A stretch of 47,936 nucleotides of DNA from Ilumatobacteraceae bacterium. GTDB taxonomy: Bacteria > Actinomycetota > Acidimicrobiia > Acidimicrobiales > Ilumatobacteraceae. The stretch spans positions 1 through 47,936 of the forward strand of contig JBJTRF010000104.1 of NCBI GenBank assembly GCA_046076025.1, in the 5' to 3' direction. This document shows, piece by piece, positions 6,783-14,811 of this stretch. Both the position numbers and the translations under genes were made by a program. The notes below the pieces were generated by a model, which was not told where the DNA came from, did no database searches, and was given only the letters and a program-made list of their open reading frames with translations. Positions within the stretch are counted from its first letter, which is position 1, and each line of letters starts with the position of its first letter.

Positions 6783-9575
6783 ATGTCCCGTCCGCTCGTG
6801 ATCGTCGAATCGCCCGCCAAGGCGAAGACCATTGCCAAGTTCCTCGGCAATGCGTTCGACGTGCGCGCCTCGGTGGGCCACGTCGCCGACCTGCCCAGCA
6901 CCGGCCTGCAAATCGACGTCGACAACGGCTTCAAGCCCAACTGGGAGCTCACCGAGCGGGGGCGAGAGGTGGTCCGCGAGCTGCGGGCAGCGATGAAGGA
7001 CGCCAGCGAGCTGTACCTCGCCACCGACGAGGACCGCGAGGGCGAGGCCATCAGCTGGCACCTCCTCGAGTACCTGAAGCCGAAGATCCCGATGAAGCGG
7101 ATGGTGTTCCACGAGATCACCAAGGCCGCCATCGACCACGCCGTCAGCAACCCCCGCGGCATCGACTACGGCCTCGTCGACGCCGCCGAGACCCGCCGAG
7201 TGCTCGACCGGCTCTACGGCTACGAGGTCTCGCCGGTGCTGTGGCGGCGCGTCAACCGAGGCCTGTCGGCCGGCCGCGTGCAGAGCCCGAGCGTTCGCCT
7301 CATCGTCGAGCGCGAACGCGAGCGCATGGCCTTCGTCACCGCCGACTACTGGGACATCGAGCTGCAGACCGGCACTTCGCCCTCGTTCTCAGCCACGCTC
7401 GTCGCGCTCGACGGAGTGAAGGTGGCCACCGGCAAGGACTTCGGCAGCGACGGCCGCCCCAAGGACAGCGTCGTGGTGGTGGGCGAGGCACGCGCCCTTG
7501 CCCTCACGGCCCGCCTCGCCGATGCCTCCTTCAGCGTGCGCTCGGTCGAGGAGAAGCCGTATCGCAGCAGTGCCAAGGCGCCGTTCATGACGAGCACCCT
7601 GCAGCAGGAGGGCGGCCGCAAGCTGCGCCTCGGCGCCGCCCAGGTGATGCGCCTCGCCCAGGGCCTCTACGAGCGCGGCTTCATCACCTACATGCGAACC
7701 GACAACGTCGTGCCGAGCGACGAGGCGCGCGCTGCGGTGCGCAGCGAGGTGCAGCGCACGTACGGCGCCAACTTCCTGTCGCCCCAGCCGCGCCAGTTCA
7801 GCACCAAGGTGAAGAACGCCCAGGAGGCGCACGAGGCCATCCGCCCCACCACCCCGCTGCGCGCCCCCGACACGGTCGCCGGCGAGATGAACTCGCAGGA
7901 GCTCGCCCTCTATCGCCTCATCTGGCAGCGCACCCTCGCGTCGCAGATGGCCGACGCCACCGGCACCACCGTGTCGGTGCGCCTCGGCGCCGAGGTCGAC
8001 GAGGACGGCCGCCGCACCGACGCCGTGTTCGCTGCCAGCGGCACCACCATTACCTTCGCCGGCTACCGCCAGGTGTACGTCGAGAGCAGCGACGACACGA
8101 GCGACGACGAGAAGGAGGCCCTGCTGCCCCCGCTCGCCGCCGGCGACCGCGTGGCCGTGGCGTCGCTCGAGCCGCAGGGCCACACCACCACGCCGCCCGC
8201 CCGCTACACCGAGGCATCGCTGGTGAAGAAGCTCGAAGAGCTGGGCATCGGCCGGCCCAGCACGTGGGCATCGATCATCCAGACCGTGCAGGACCGCGGC
8301 TACGTGTGGAAGAAGGGCCAGGCGCTGGTGCCCACCTGGACCGCCTTCGCCGTCATCGGGCTGATGGAGCGCCACTTCGACGAGCTCGTCGACTACGCAT
8401 TCACGGCGCGCATCGAAGAAGACCTCGACGCCATCGCCCGCAACGAGCGACAGAAGCAGGACTGGCTGCAGGACTTCTACTTCGGCGACGACGATGAGGG
8501 CCTGCCCGGCCTGAAGCGGCTCGTCGAGGAGAACCTCGACTCGATCGACGCCGCCGAGGTGAACACCTTCCCGATCGGCCTCGACCCCAACGGCGAGCTC
8601 GTGGTGGCCAAGCCCGGCAAGTACGGGCCATACGTGAAGCGCGGCGACGACACGGCCGGCGTGCCCGACGACATGTGCCCCGACGAGCTCACCCTCGACG
8701 TCGCCCTCGCCTTGCTGGCCGCGCCGAAGGGCGACACGCCGATCGGCGAGTACGAGGGGCTGCCGGTGTTCGCCAAGAACGGCCGATACGGGCCATACGT
8801 GCAGTGGGGCACGCCCGACCAGCTGCCACCGGGCCTCGAGAAGCCGAAGATGTCAAGCCTGTTCAAGACAATGGTGCTCGAGCGCACGTCGCTCGCCGAG
8901 GCAATCGAGCTGCTGCAGCTGCCGCGCACGGTGGGCATCGACCCCGCCGACGATCAGCCGATCCTCGCCAACAACGGCCGCTACGGCCCGTACATCCAGA
9001 AGGGCAAGGACTACCGCACGATCTCGAGCGAGGAGCAGCTGCTCACCATCACGCTCGACGAGGCGCTGGCGATCTTCGCCCAGCCGAAGGTGTTCCGCCG
9101 CGGTGGCAGCCCCGCCGCTAAGCCGCCGCTGCGCGAGTTTGGCGCTGATCCCGTCAGCGGCAAGCCGGTGCTCGCCAAGGAGGGCAAGTTCGGCGTCTAC
9201 GTCACCGACGGCGAGACGAACGCATCGCTCAGCAAGGGCGACCGCCTCGACGCGATGCTGCCCGAGCGCGCCTTCGAGCTGCTGTCGCTGCGCCGCGATG
9301 CCCTGATCGAGAAGGGTGGCGCCGCCGGCAAGCGCGCCGCAGCAACGAAGATGGCCGCAGCCAAGAGGGCGGGCACCGCCAAGAAGGCCACCAGGAAGGC
9401 AGCGGCAAAGAAGTCGCCGGCGAAGAAGAGCGCCGCGAAGAAGACCACCGCCAAGAAGGGTCTGGCGAAGAAGAGCGGGGCGACGTCGTCGACCGCCGCA
9501 GCGAAGAAGGCCGCCAAGAAGGCAGCCGCCGCAACGGCCGCCGGCCCAGCCGCCGACGACGGCGACGCCGGCTGA
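6783..9575 (+). CDS. topA: DNA topoisomerase I with Lys/Ala-rich C-terminal tail
   Basis: TOPRIM N-terminus 'LVIVESPAKAKTIAKFLG' and active-site region 'GFITYMRTDN'. It is 930 aa long, and the last ~85 aa are AKK-type repeats. Confidence 0.95.
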   Translation: MSRPLVIVESPAKAKTIAKFLGNAFDVRASVGHVADLPSTGLQIDVDNGFKPNWELTERGREVVRELRAAMKDASELYLATDEDREGEAISWHLLEYLKPKIPMKRMVFHEITKAAIDHAVSNPRGIDYGLVDAAETRRVLDRLYGYEVSPVLWRRVNRGLSAGRVQSPSVRLIVERERERMAFVTADYWDIELQTGTSPSFSATLVALDGVKVATGKDFGSDGRPKDSVVVVGEARALALTARLADASFSVRSVEEKPYRSSAKAPFMTSTLQQEGGRKLRLGAAQVMRLAQGLYERGFITYMRTDNVVPSDEARAAVRSEVQRTYGANFLSPQPRQFSTKVKNAQEAHEAIRPTTPLRAPDTVAGEMNSQELALYRLIWQRTLASQMADATGTTVSVRLGAEVDEDGRRTDAVFAASGTTITFAGYRQVYVESSDDTSDDEKEALLPPLAAGDRVAVASLEPQGHTTTPPARYTEASLVKKLEELGIGRPSTWASIIQTVQDRGYVWKKGQALVPTWTAFAVIGLMERHFDELVDYAFTARIEEDLDAIARNERQKQDWLQDFYFGDDDEGLPGLKRLVEENLDSIDAAEVNTFPIGLDPNGELVVAKPGKYGPYVKRGDDTAGVPDDMCPDELTLDVALALLAAPKGDTPIGEYEGLPVFAKNGRYGPYVQWGTPDQLPPGLEKPKMSSLFKTMVLERTSLAEAIELLQLPRTVGIDPADDQPILANNGRYGPYIQKGKDYRTISSEEQLLTITLDEALAIFAQPKVFRRGGSPAAKPPLREFGADPVSGKPVLAKEGKFGVYVTDGETNASLSKGDRLDAMLPERAFELLSLRRDALIEKGGAAGKRAAATKMAAAKRAGTAKKATRKAAAKKSPAKKSAAKKTTAKKGLAKKSGATSSTAAAKKAAKKAAAATAAGPAADDGDAG

Positions 9576-9623
9576 ATCCCCCGGCCCGCCGCGCACCGGC
9601 TGGGTAGGGTTCGTGCTCCGGAT

Positions 9624-10226
9624 ATGGGTCGCTACATCGCACTGGAGGGGTCGGAGGGCTGCGGCAAGAGCAGCGTCGCGGCCCGGCTCGCCGATGCGCT
9701 CGGCGCCGTGCTCACCCGCGAGACCGGCGGCACCCCTATCGGCCAGCGCATCCGCGGCATCCTCCACGACACCGACGTGGGCGACCTGTCGTTCCGCGCC
9801 GAGGCGCTGCTCGCCGCCGCCGACCGCGCCCAGCACCTCCACCAGGTGGTGCGCCCCGCGCTCGATGCCGGCCGCCATGTGGTGAGCGACCGCAGCGTCT
9901 ATTCCACCCTCGCCTACCAGGGCTACGGGCGACGGCTGGCCGTCGACGAGGTGCGCCAGCTCAACGACTGGGCCGTCGACGGCCTGTGGCCCGACCTCGT
10001 GGTGCTGCTCGACGCGCCCGCCGACGTGCTCGGCCGCCGCATGCGCGGCCGAACCCTCGACCGCTTCGAGCGCGAGGACAAAGGCTTCCACGACCGCGTC
10101 CGCGACGGATTCCGCACCATGGCCGCCAGTGATACACAGCACTGGATCGTCGTCGATGCCACGCCGTCGCTCGACGCCGTCACCACTGCGGTGCGCGCCG
10201 CCGTGCGCGATCGGCTGGGCATCTGA
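9624..10226 (+). CDS. tmk: dTMP (thymidylate) kinase
   Basis: P-loop 'LEGSEGCGKSS' and 'DRSVYSTLAYQG'. Size is 200 aa. Confidence 0.9.
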   Translation: MGRYIALEGSEGCGKSSVAARLADALGAVLTRETGGTPIGQRIRGILHDTDVGDLSFRAEALLAAADRAQHLHQVVRPALDAGRHVVSDRSVYSTLAYQGYGRRLAVDEVRQLNDWAVDGLWPDLVVLLDAPADVLGRRMRGRTLDRFEREDKGFHDRVRDGFRTMAASDTQHWIVVDATPSLDAVTTAVRAAVRDRLGI

Positions 10227-11290
10227 TGCCCGTCGGCCAACGCCACTCGGTGTGGGATGCCGTCATCGGCCAGGAGCGCGCCGTCGCCCAGCTCACCCGT
10301 GCAGCCCAGTCGGCAGTGCACGCCTACATGTTCATCGGCCCGCCCGGCTGCACCAAGGACGAGGCCGCACGCGCCTTCGCCGCGCTGCTGATGGCCGGCA
10401 CCGACGACCCGCAGCACCGAGATGCCCGCCTCGCCCTCGCCGGCGAGCATCCCGACGTGCGCGAGGTGCGACGTGAGGGCGCATCGATCTCGAAGGAGCA
10501 GGTGCAGGCGATCATCCGCAATGCGGCACTCACGCCCTCAGAGGGCAGCCGCAAGGTGATGATCCTCCACGAGTTCCAGCTCCTGTCGGCCGAGGGCGCC
10601 GCCCGGCTGCTGAAGACATTCGAGGAGCCACCGCCCGACACCACCTTCATTGTCCTCGCCGACCAGGTGTCACCCGATCTCGTCACCATTGCATCGCGCT
10701 GCGTGCGCATCGAGTTCGTCGACCTCGACAGCGCAGCGGTGCTCGGTGTGCTGATCGCCGAGGGCGTCTCGCCGGCTGCGGCCGTCGAGGCGGCGAAGGC
10801 CGCAGAGGGCAACATGGCGCGCGCCCGCGATCTGGCCAACGACCCCGAGCTCGGCCGGCGCCGAGCCGCCTTCGCCGCCGTGCCCACCAGGCTCGACGGC
10901 ACCGGCGCCTGCGTGGTGGCCCTCACCCGCGAGCTCGATGCCCTGCTCGAGGAGTCCGCAGCGCCCATCCGCGCCCGCCACGAGCGCGAGGTGGCCGAGC
11001 TCGAGGCGCGAGTCGCCGCACTCGGCGAGCGCGGCAGCGGCCGCAAGTCGCTAGAAGACCGCCACAAGCGCGAGTTGCGCCGCCACCTCGCCGACGAGCT
11101 GCGCAGCGGCCTGTCGGCCATGGCCGGCGTATACCGCGACGCCTACGCGCAGGGCCTGCTCGTGCGCCATGACGCCGCCGTGCACGCCGTCGAGCGACTG
11201 CATCAGGCAATGGGCGCCCTCGGCGTCAACGCCAACGAGACCCTGCTGCTGCACGCGCTGCTGCTCGACCTGCCGACCCTCACCCGCTGA
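10226..11290 (+). CDS. holB: DNA polymerase III subunit delta'
   Basis: The ATG overlaps the tmk stop (TGATG). Motifs 'HAYMFIGPPGCTK', 'HPDV', 'LLKTFEEPP' and 'IASRC' are typical of delta'. Confidence 0.85.
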   Translation: MPVGQRHSVWDAVIGQERAVAQLTRAAQSAVHAYMFIGPPGCTKDEAARAFAALLMAGTDDPQHRDARLALAGEHPDVREVRREGASISKEQVQAIIRNAALTPSEGSRKVMILHEFQLLSAEGAARLLKTFEEPPPDTTFIVLADQVSPDLVTIASRCVRIEFVDLDSAAVLGVLIAEGVSPAAAVEAAKAAEGNMARARDLANDPELGRRRAAFAAVPTRLDGTGACVVALTRELDALLEESAAPIRARHEREVAELEARVAALGERGSGRKSLEDRHKRELRRHLADELRSGLSAMAGVYRDAYAQGLLVRHDAAVHAVERLHQAMGALGVNANETLLLHALLLDLPTLTR

Positions 11291-11349
11291 GCGCCGCTCA
11301 ATCCGGCAGGTGCGCCCGCCAGCAGGTGGCCGCTAGCATCTGGCCGCAC

Positions 11350-11422
11350 GCCCGGGTAGCTCAGTCGGCAGAGCAACGCACTCGTAATGCGTAGGTCAAG
11401 GGTTCGATTCCCTTCTCGGGCT
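11350..11422 (+). tRNA. tRNA-Thr (anticodon CGU)
   Basis: Hand-folded cloverleaf: acceptor GCCCGGG/CTCGGGC, D-arm GCTC..GAGC, anticodon stem ACGCA/TGCGT with loop CTCGTAA, T-arm AAGGG-TTCGATT-CCCTT, discriminator T. No CCA is encoded. Confidence 0.93.
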
Positions 11423-11491
11423 CCGTTACGCCTCATAACTTCACCGCCGTACGTCGCCCGTCGACCGCCACGCCGCACGTCCTGCGATACA

Positions 11492-11509
11492 GCGGTTCAC
11501 GTGAACCGC
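11492..11509. terminator. 18-bp perfect palindrome GCGGTTCACGTGAACCGC between convergent tRNA-Thr and the DUF2256-like gene (bidirectional terminator or dimeric-regulator site)
   Basis: The perfect dyad was read directly from the sequence. No flanking T-tract is present. Confidence 0.3.
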
Positions 11510-11572
11510 ACGGATGGCCGCAGTGCACATGCGCTCACCGCGCTCGCCGGCTGAGGTGCCGCGTCGACTCTC

Positions 11573-11959
11573 TCAGCGAGCCTCGGGCGGCCGGACAGCC
11601 AGGCGGATGCGGATCGGGCCCTTCGCAGTCGACGGGTCGACCGCCCGGCCAGACTGGGTGATCTCGACGGCGCCCGCGGCCACCAGTCGACGCGCCGCCC
11701 GGCGGGCCGGCTCCATCAGGTTGCGCCATCCATCGGGGTCGACGACTCGTGCGGCCTCGCTCGGACAGATCGTGGCACCGGCCGACCGTGCGCCCAGCAG
11801 GTCGAGGATCGCCGATCCCAAACGCTCGTCCACCGGGGCCACCTTGCGGCGGCGGCAGGCATCGCTGCAGTAGCGGACGCTGTCCCAGTTGGCTGCCCAC
11901 GAGCGGCGCCAGGTCATCTCGCGGCCGCACGAGGCGCAGGGCTTGGAGGGCACCGCCAT
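11573..11959 (-). CDS. DUF2256-like zinc-ribbon fused to a DUF3253-like domain, function unknown
   Basis: 'CASCGREMTWRRSWAANWDSVRYCSDACRRR' is a C4 zinc-ribbon motif, followed by 'ICPSEAARVVDPDGWRNLMEPARRAARRL'. The upstream 420 codons of the 550-aa track ORF are Arg/Ala-rich and overlap plus-strand genes, so I treat them as artefact. Confidence 0.7.
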   Translation of the reverse strand: MAVPSKPCASCGREMTWRRSWAANWDSVRYCSDACRRRKVAPVDERLGSAILDLLGARSAGATICPSEAARVVDPDGWRNLMEPARRAARRLVAAGAVEITQSGRAVDPSTAKGPIRIRLAVRPPEAR

Positions 11960-12076
11960 CGCCGAAGTGTCGCAGCGCCACCCGGGTGCCGCCGCATCCG
12001 GCACGGCGACAAATCGCTCAAGGGCTCGGCGGATCGTGCCGACACTGACGCCAGACCTCGTCACGCCACCGCAGCC

Positions 12077-12355
12077 ATGAGCACCCTCCCCGTTCTTCCC
12101 GCAACAGTCGCTCCCCGCCGAATCCGCCGCTCGGCCGCGGCACGTGCTCGCCGGGCCGCGCTGCGCCGCTCGCACCTGCGCCAGGCCGCCGCCAGTGCAG
12201 TCGGCATCGTCGCCACCGCCCTCGCCGCCGGGGTGGCGGCGATCATGCTGCTTACTGCGGCGGCCATCGCCGAGGGCGGCCAGCCGCAGCCGGCCCGCAC
12301 CGGCGCCGTCGTCGAGGCGCCGGCCGTCGAGGCGATCGGCATCGCCCTCCCCTGA
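12077..12355 (+). CDS. Hypothetical small membrane protein (Arg-rich N-terminus, one TM)
   Basis: 92 codons with near-uniform G/C third positions (read codon by codon) and a single hydrophobic helix 'AVGIVATALAAGVAAIMLLTAAAIA'. I recognise no homology. Confidence 0.4.
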   Translation: MSTLPVLPATVAPRRIRRSAAARARRAALRRSHLRQAAASAVGIVATALAAGVAAIMLLTAAAIAEGGQPQPARTGAVVEAPAVEAIGIALP

Positions 12356-12502
12356 CCATCTGGGCGGGGCCCGCCACCCAGTGGTGCCCCCACCCGATCG
12401 CCGGACGTGCGACGATCGTGACGTCTGCGGCCATTCGGCCTCTTCCTGCGGGTCGTTTCGGGTAGTACGTTGCGTCCCGTCGTTACGAAGGGAGACCACG
12501 AC

Positions 12503-12904
12503 ATGGGGATGAAGATCAAGGCACTCGGACTGGCACTGGCGCTCGGCACCGCTGCGCTCATGGCACCTGGCACCGCCATTGCGGCCACGCCGGGCGTCTG
12601 GGTGAACAACGGCACGTGCGCGAACATCCAGCTCAACCAGATCGACAATGACGGCGACTACCTGTACGCCCGCATCGCGCTCGACACCGGCGTGCGCCTG
12701 CGCGACCTCACCTACAACATCCGTCGCAACGGCAAGATCCTGCCGCTGCGGCTGTCGGCCCGCCAGATCGCCGACTGCGGCGACGGCATCATCCAGGTGC
12801 GCATCAGCGGCTTCCTGCCCACCACGCTGCTGTTCTCGCCGACCCTCGAGGTGCTGAACAAGAACGTGTTCTACGCGTCGAACGGCTTCAACCTGATCGA
12901 CTGA
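12503..12904 (+). CDS. Hypothetical secreted protein (signal peptide, two Cys)
   Basis: GAAGGGAG lies at 12488-12495, 7 nt before the ATG at 12503. The signal peptide is 'MGMKIKALGLALALGTAALMAPGTAIA|A'. Codon bias is high-GC3. No family recognised. Confidence 0.65.
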   Translation: MGMKIKALGLALALGTAALMAPGTAIAATPGVWVNNGTCANIQLNQIDNDGDYLYARIALDTGVRLRDLTYNIRRNGKILPLRLSARQIADCGDGIIQVRISGFLPTTLLFSPTLEVLNKNVFYASNGFNLID

Positions 12905-12945
12905 TCGCTGGCCGGATCCGCTCGGGCGGGGTCGGCAGCGGGCAC

Positions 12946-12951
12946 TACCCT
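12946..12951 (+). promoter_or_regulatory. -10 hexamer TACCCT, 6 nt before the marR-like ATG (leaderless geometry)
   Basis: TANNNT at 12946-12951, spacer gccgca, ATG at 12958. No Shine-Dalgarno is possible. Confidence 0.45.
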
Positions 12952-12957
12952 GCCGCA

Positions 12958-13485
12958 ATGGCCTCGTCCGAGCGGAACGCCATTTCGAGTGCCAACGAGT
13001 CGTCGCTCGAGGCGCTCGCGCTACGCATTGGACTGTCGTGGCGCGAACTGCGCCGCGGGGCGGCCACCGGGCCGCTTCGCGAATTCCTCTACTCCACGCA
13101 CGGCATCGACGTCGCGCTCGACGGCGAGCAGATCGAACTGGGCCAGGTCGACACGCTCGACCTGCTCGTGCAGCGCGACTGCTGGCGGATGAGCGAACTG
13201 GCCGAGGCCCTGCGCGTCGAGCCATCCACCACCACCCGCGCCGTGCAGCGCCTCGAGCGCTCCGGCCTGGCAGCGAGGCGGCCCACCGCCGACGATGGCC
13301 GCGGCGTGGTGGTGCAGATCACGCCGGCAGGCCGCACGGTGCATGCCGCCGTGTCGGCACGGCGCGCCGAGCTGTTCGACCACCTGCTCAGCTCGTTCGA
13401 GGCGCGCGAACTGCCCGTGCTGGCCGACATGCTCGAGCGCTTCGCCGGCGCCATCGACGGCTTCGTCGCCGTCCATCGCCGCTAG
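12958..13485 (+). CDS. MarR family transcriptional regulator
   Basis: Winged-helix core 'MSELAEALRVEPSTTTRAVQRLERSGLAARRPTADDGRGVVVQITPAG'. Confidence 0.85.
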   Translation: MASSERNAISSANESSLEALALRIGLSWRELRRGAATGPLREFLYSTHGIDVALDGEQIELGQVDTLDLLVQRDCWRMSELAEALRVEPSTTTRAVQRLERSGLAARRPTADDGRGVVVQITPAGRTVHAAVSARRAELFDHLLSSFEARELPVLADMLERFAGAIDGFVAVHRR

Positions 13486-13500
13486 GCCGCTCCACGCCTA

Positions 13501-13519
13501 CCGCGCCACGCGGGCGCGG
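13501..13519 (+). terminator. GC hairpin CCGCGCC-acgcg-GGCGCGG after the marR-like gene
   Basis: 7-bp perfect stem starting 15 nt after the stop codon. No U-tract. Confidence 0.3.
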
Positions 13520-13579
13520 CCGCAGCCCGCCGATAACGACGGTGTCGACGGCAGTAGGCGCTGACCGGCCCCCACTGGC

Positions 13580-13585
13580 TACGCT
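13580..13585 (+). promoter_or_regulatory. -10 hexamer TACGCT, 6 nt before the ATG at 13592 (leaderless geometry)
   Basis: TACGCT at 13580-13585, spacer gtcgcc, ATG at 13592. Confidence 0.45.
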
Positions 13586-13591
13586 GTCGCC

Positions 13592-13741
13592 ATGCTCGCT
13601 GCGAAGATCTTCCACTGGTGGCTCGGCGTGATCCTCTTCGGGGTCGGCATCCTTGCCTCGGTTGCCCTGCTCGGCGGCTACGTGAAGAAGGCCGTGGCGC
13701 CGCGGTTCCCGGGCAAGCGCACCACCGAGTACGAAGACTGA
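13592..13741 (+). CDS. Small membrane protein, 49 aa (below the ORF-track cutoff)
   Basis: Sequence MLAAKIFHWWLGVILFGVGILASVALLGGYVKKAVAPRFPGKRTTEYED. 45 of 49 codons end in G/C, and there is one TM helix plus a basic tail. The stop lies 4 nt before the tilS GTG at 13746. Confidence 0.5.
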   Translation: MLAAKIFHWWLGVILFGVGILASVALLGGYVKKAVAPRFPGKRTTEYED

Positions 13742-13745
13742 CCTC

Positions 13746-14750
13746 GTGCCCGCGCCGGTCGACCCGTCGGCCGATCAGCCAGGTTCCCTTCCCGTACACC
13801 GCGTCCCGCCCGCGTTTCCCAATCTCGTCGTCGGGCTGATCGGGCGCTGCACGTTCCCGCCGCCCGGCACCGCCGTAACCTGCGGCGTCTCCGGCGGGGC
13901 CGATTCGACGGCGCTGATGGCGCTCGCCGTGGCGGCGGGCTGTGTCGTCGAGGCAGTGCACGTCGACCACGGCCTTCGGCCCGACTCGGCTGCGGAAGCC
14001 GAGGTGGTGGCGCGCAACGCTGCGGCACTCGGCGCATCGTTCCGCTCGGTCGGCATCAACCTGGCCGGCGGGCCCAACCTCGAGGCGCGGGCCCGCGCCG
14101 CCCGCTATGCGGCCCTGCCCGACGGCATCCTCACCGGGCACACCGCCGACGACCAGGCCGAGACCGTGCTCATCAACCTGCTGCGAGGCGCCGTCGGCGG
14201 CCTCGGCGCAATGCGGCCCGGCAAGCAGCGGCCACTGCTGACACTGCGACGCCACGACACCGAGGCCGTGTGCGCGGCGCTGGGCCTCGAGGTGGTCGAC
14301 GATCCCAGCAACGCCGATCCCCGCCACCTGCGCAACCGGGTGCGACACGAGCTGCTGCCGCTGCTGGCCGACCTGTCGCGGCGAGATCCCGTGCCCGTGC
14401 TCGCCCGCCAGGCCGATCTGGCGAGGGCCGACAGCGACCTGCTCGACGACCTGGCCGCCGACCTCGACCCCTCCGACGCACGGGCCGTGGCAGAATTGCC
14501 GCCCGCCCTCGCCCGGCGCGCCATCCGGCGCTGGCTCGACACCGGCTACCCGCCCGATGCCGCCACCGTCGAACGGGTACTGGCCGTGGCCCGCGGCGAG
14601 GCCCTCCGCACCGACGTGGGCGGCGGCCGGCACGTCAGCCGCCACCGCCAGCGACTCGTGCTGACGGCTGACGCGGCCGCGGGCGATGACACCGGCGCCG
14701 CCGAAGAACCCGGCGATTTCGGCCCGCACGGGGGTAGGGCAACGGAGTAG
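13746..14750 (+). CDS. tilS: tRNA(Ile)-lysidine synthase
   Basis: PP-loop 'CGVSGGADSTAL', plus 'HVDHGLR', 'ARYAAL' and 'TGHTADDQAETVLINLLRG'. Confidence 0.9.
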   Translation: MPAPVDPSADQPGSLPVHRVPPAFPNLVVGLIGRCTFPPPGTAVTCGVSGGADSTALMALAVAAGCVVEAVHVDHGLRPDSAAEAEVVARNAAALGASFRSVGINLAGGPNLEARARAARYAALPDGILTGHTADDQAETVLINLLRGAVGGLGAMRPGKQRPLLTLRRHDTEAVCAALGLEVVDDPSNADPRHLRNRVRHELLPLLADLSRRDPVPVLARQADLARADSDLLDDLAADLDPSDARAVAELPPALARRAIRRWLDTGYPPDAATVERVLAVARGEALRTDVGGGRHVSRHRQRLVLTADAAAGDDTGAAEEPGDFGPHGGRATE

Positions 14751-14811
14751 GTTTGCCGACGGCGCGGCGCAACGAGGCGACGTGCTGCACGGTCTCCCGG
14801 AGGAATGGCAC

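Noticed and set aside
9605-9623. Leaderless promoter for tmk (TAGGGT at 9605-9610).
   Set aside because: The hexamer is 13 nt from the ATG, which does not match the N6/N7 geometry seen elsewhere. tmk may simply be read through from topA.
11960-13225. Upstream 420 codons of the 550-aa minus-strand ORF ending at 11573.
   Set aside because: Only the last 128 codons (from the ATG at 11959) show DUF2256/DUF3253-like motifs. The remainder is low-complexity and overlaps three better-supported plus-strand genes.
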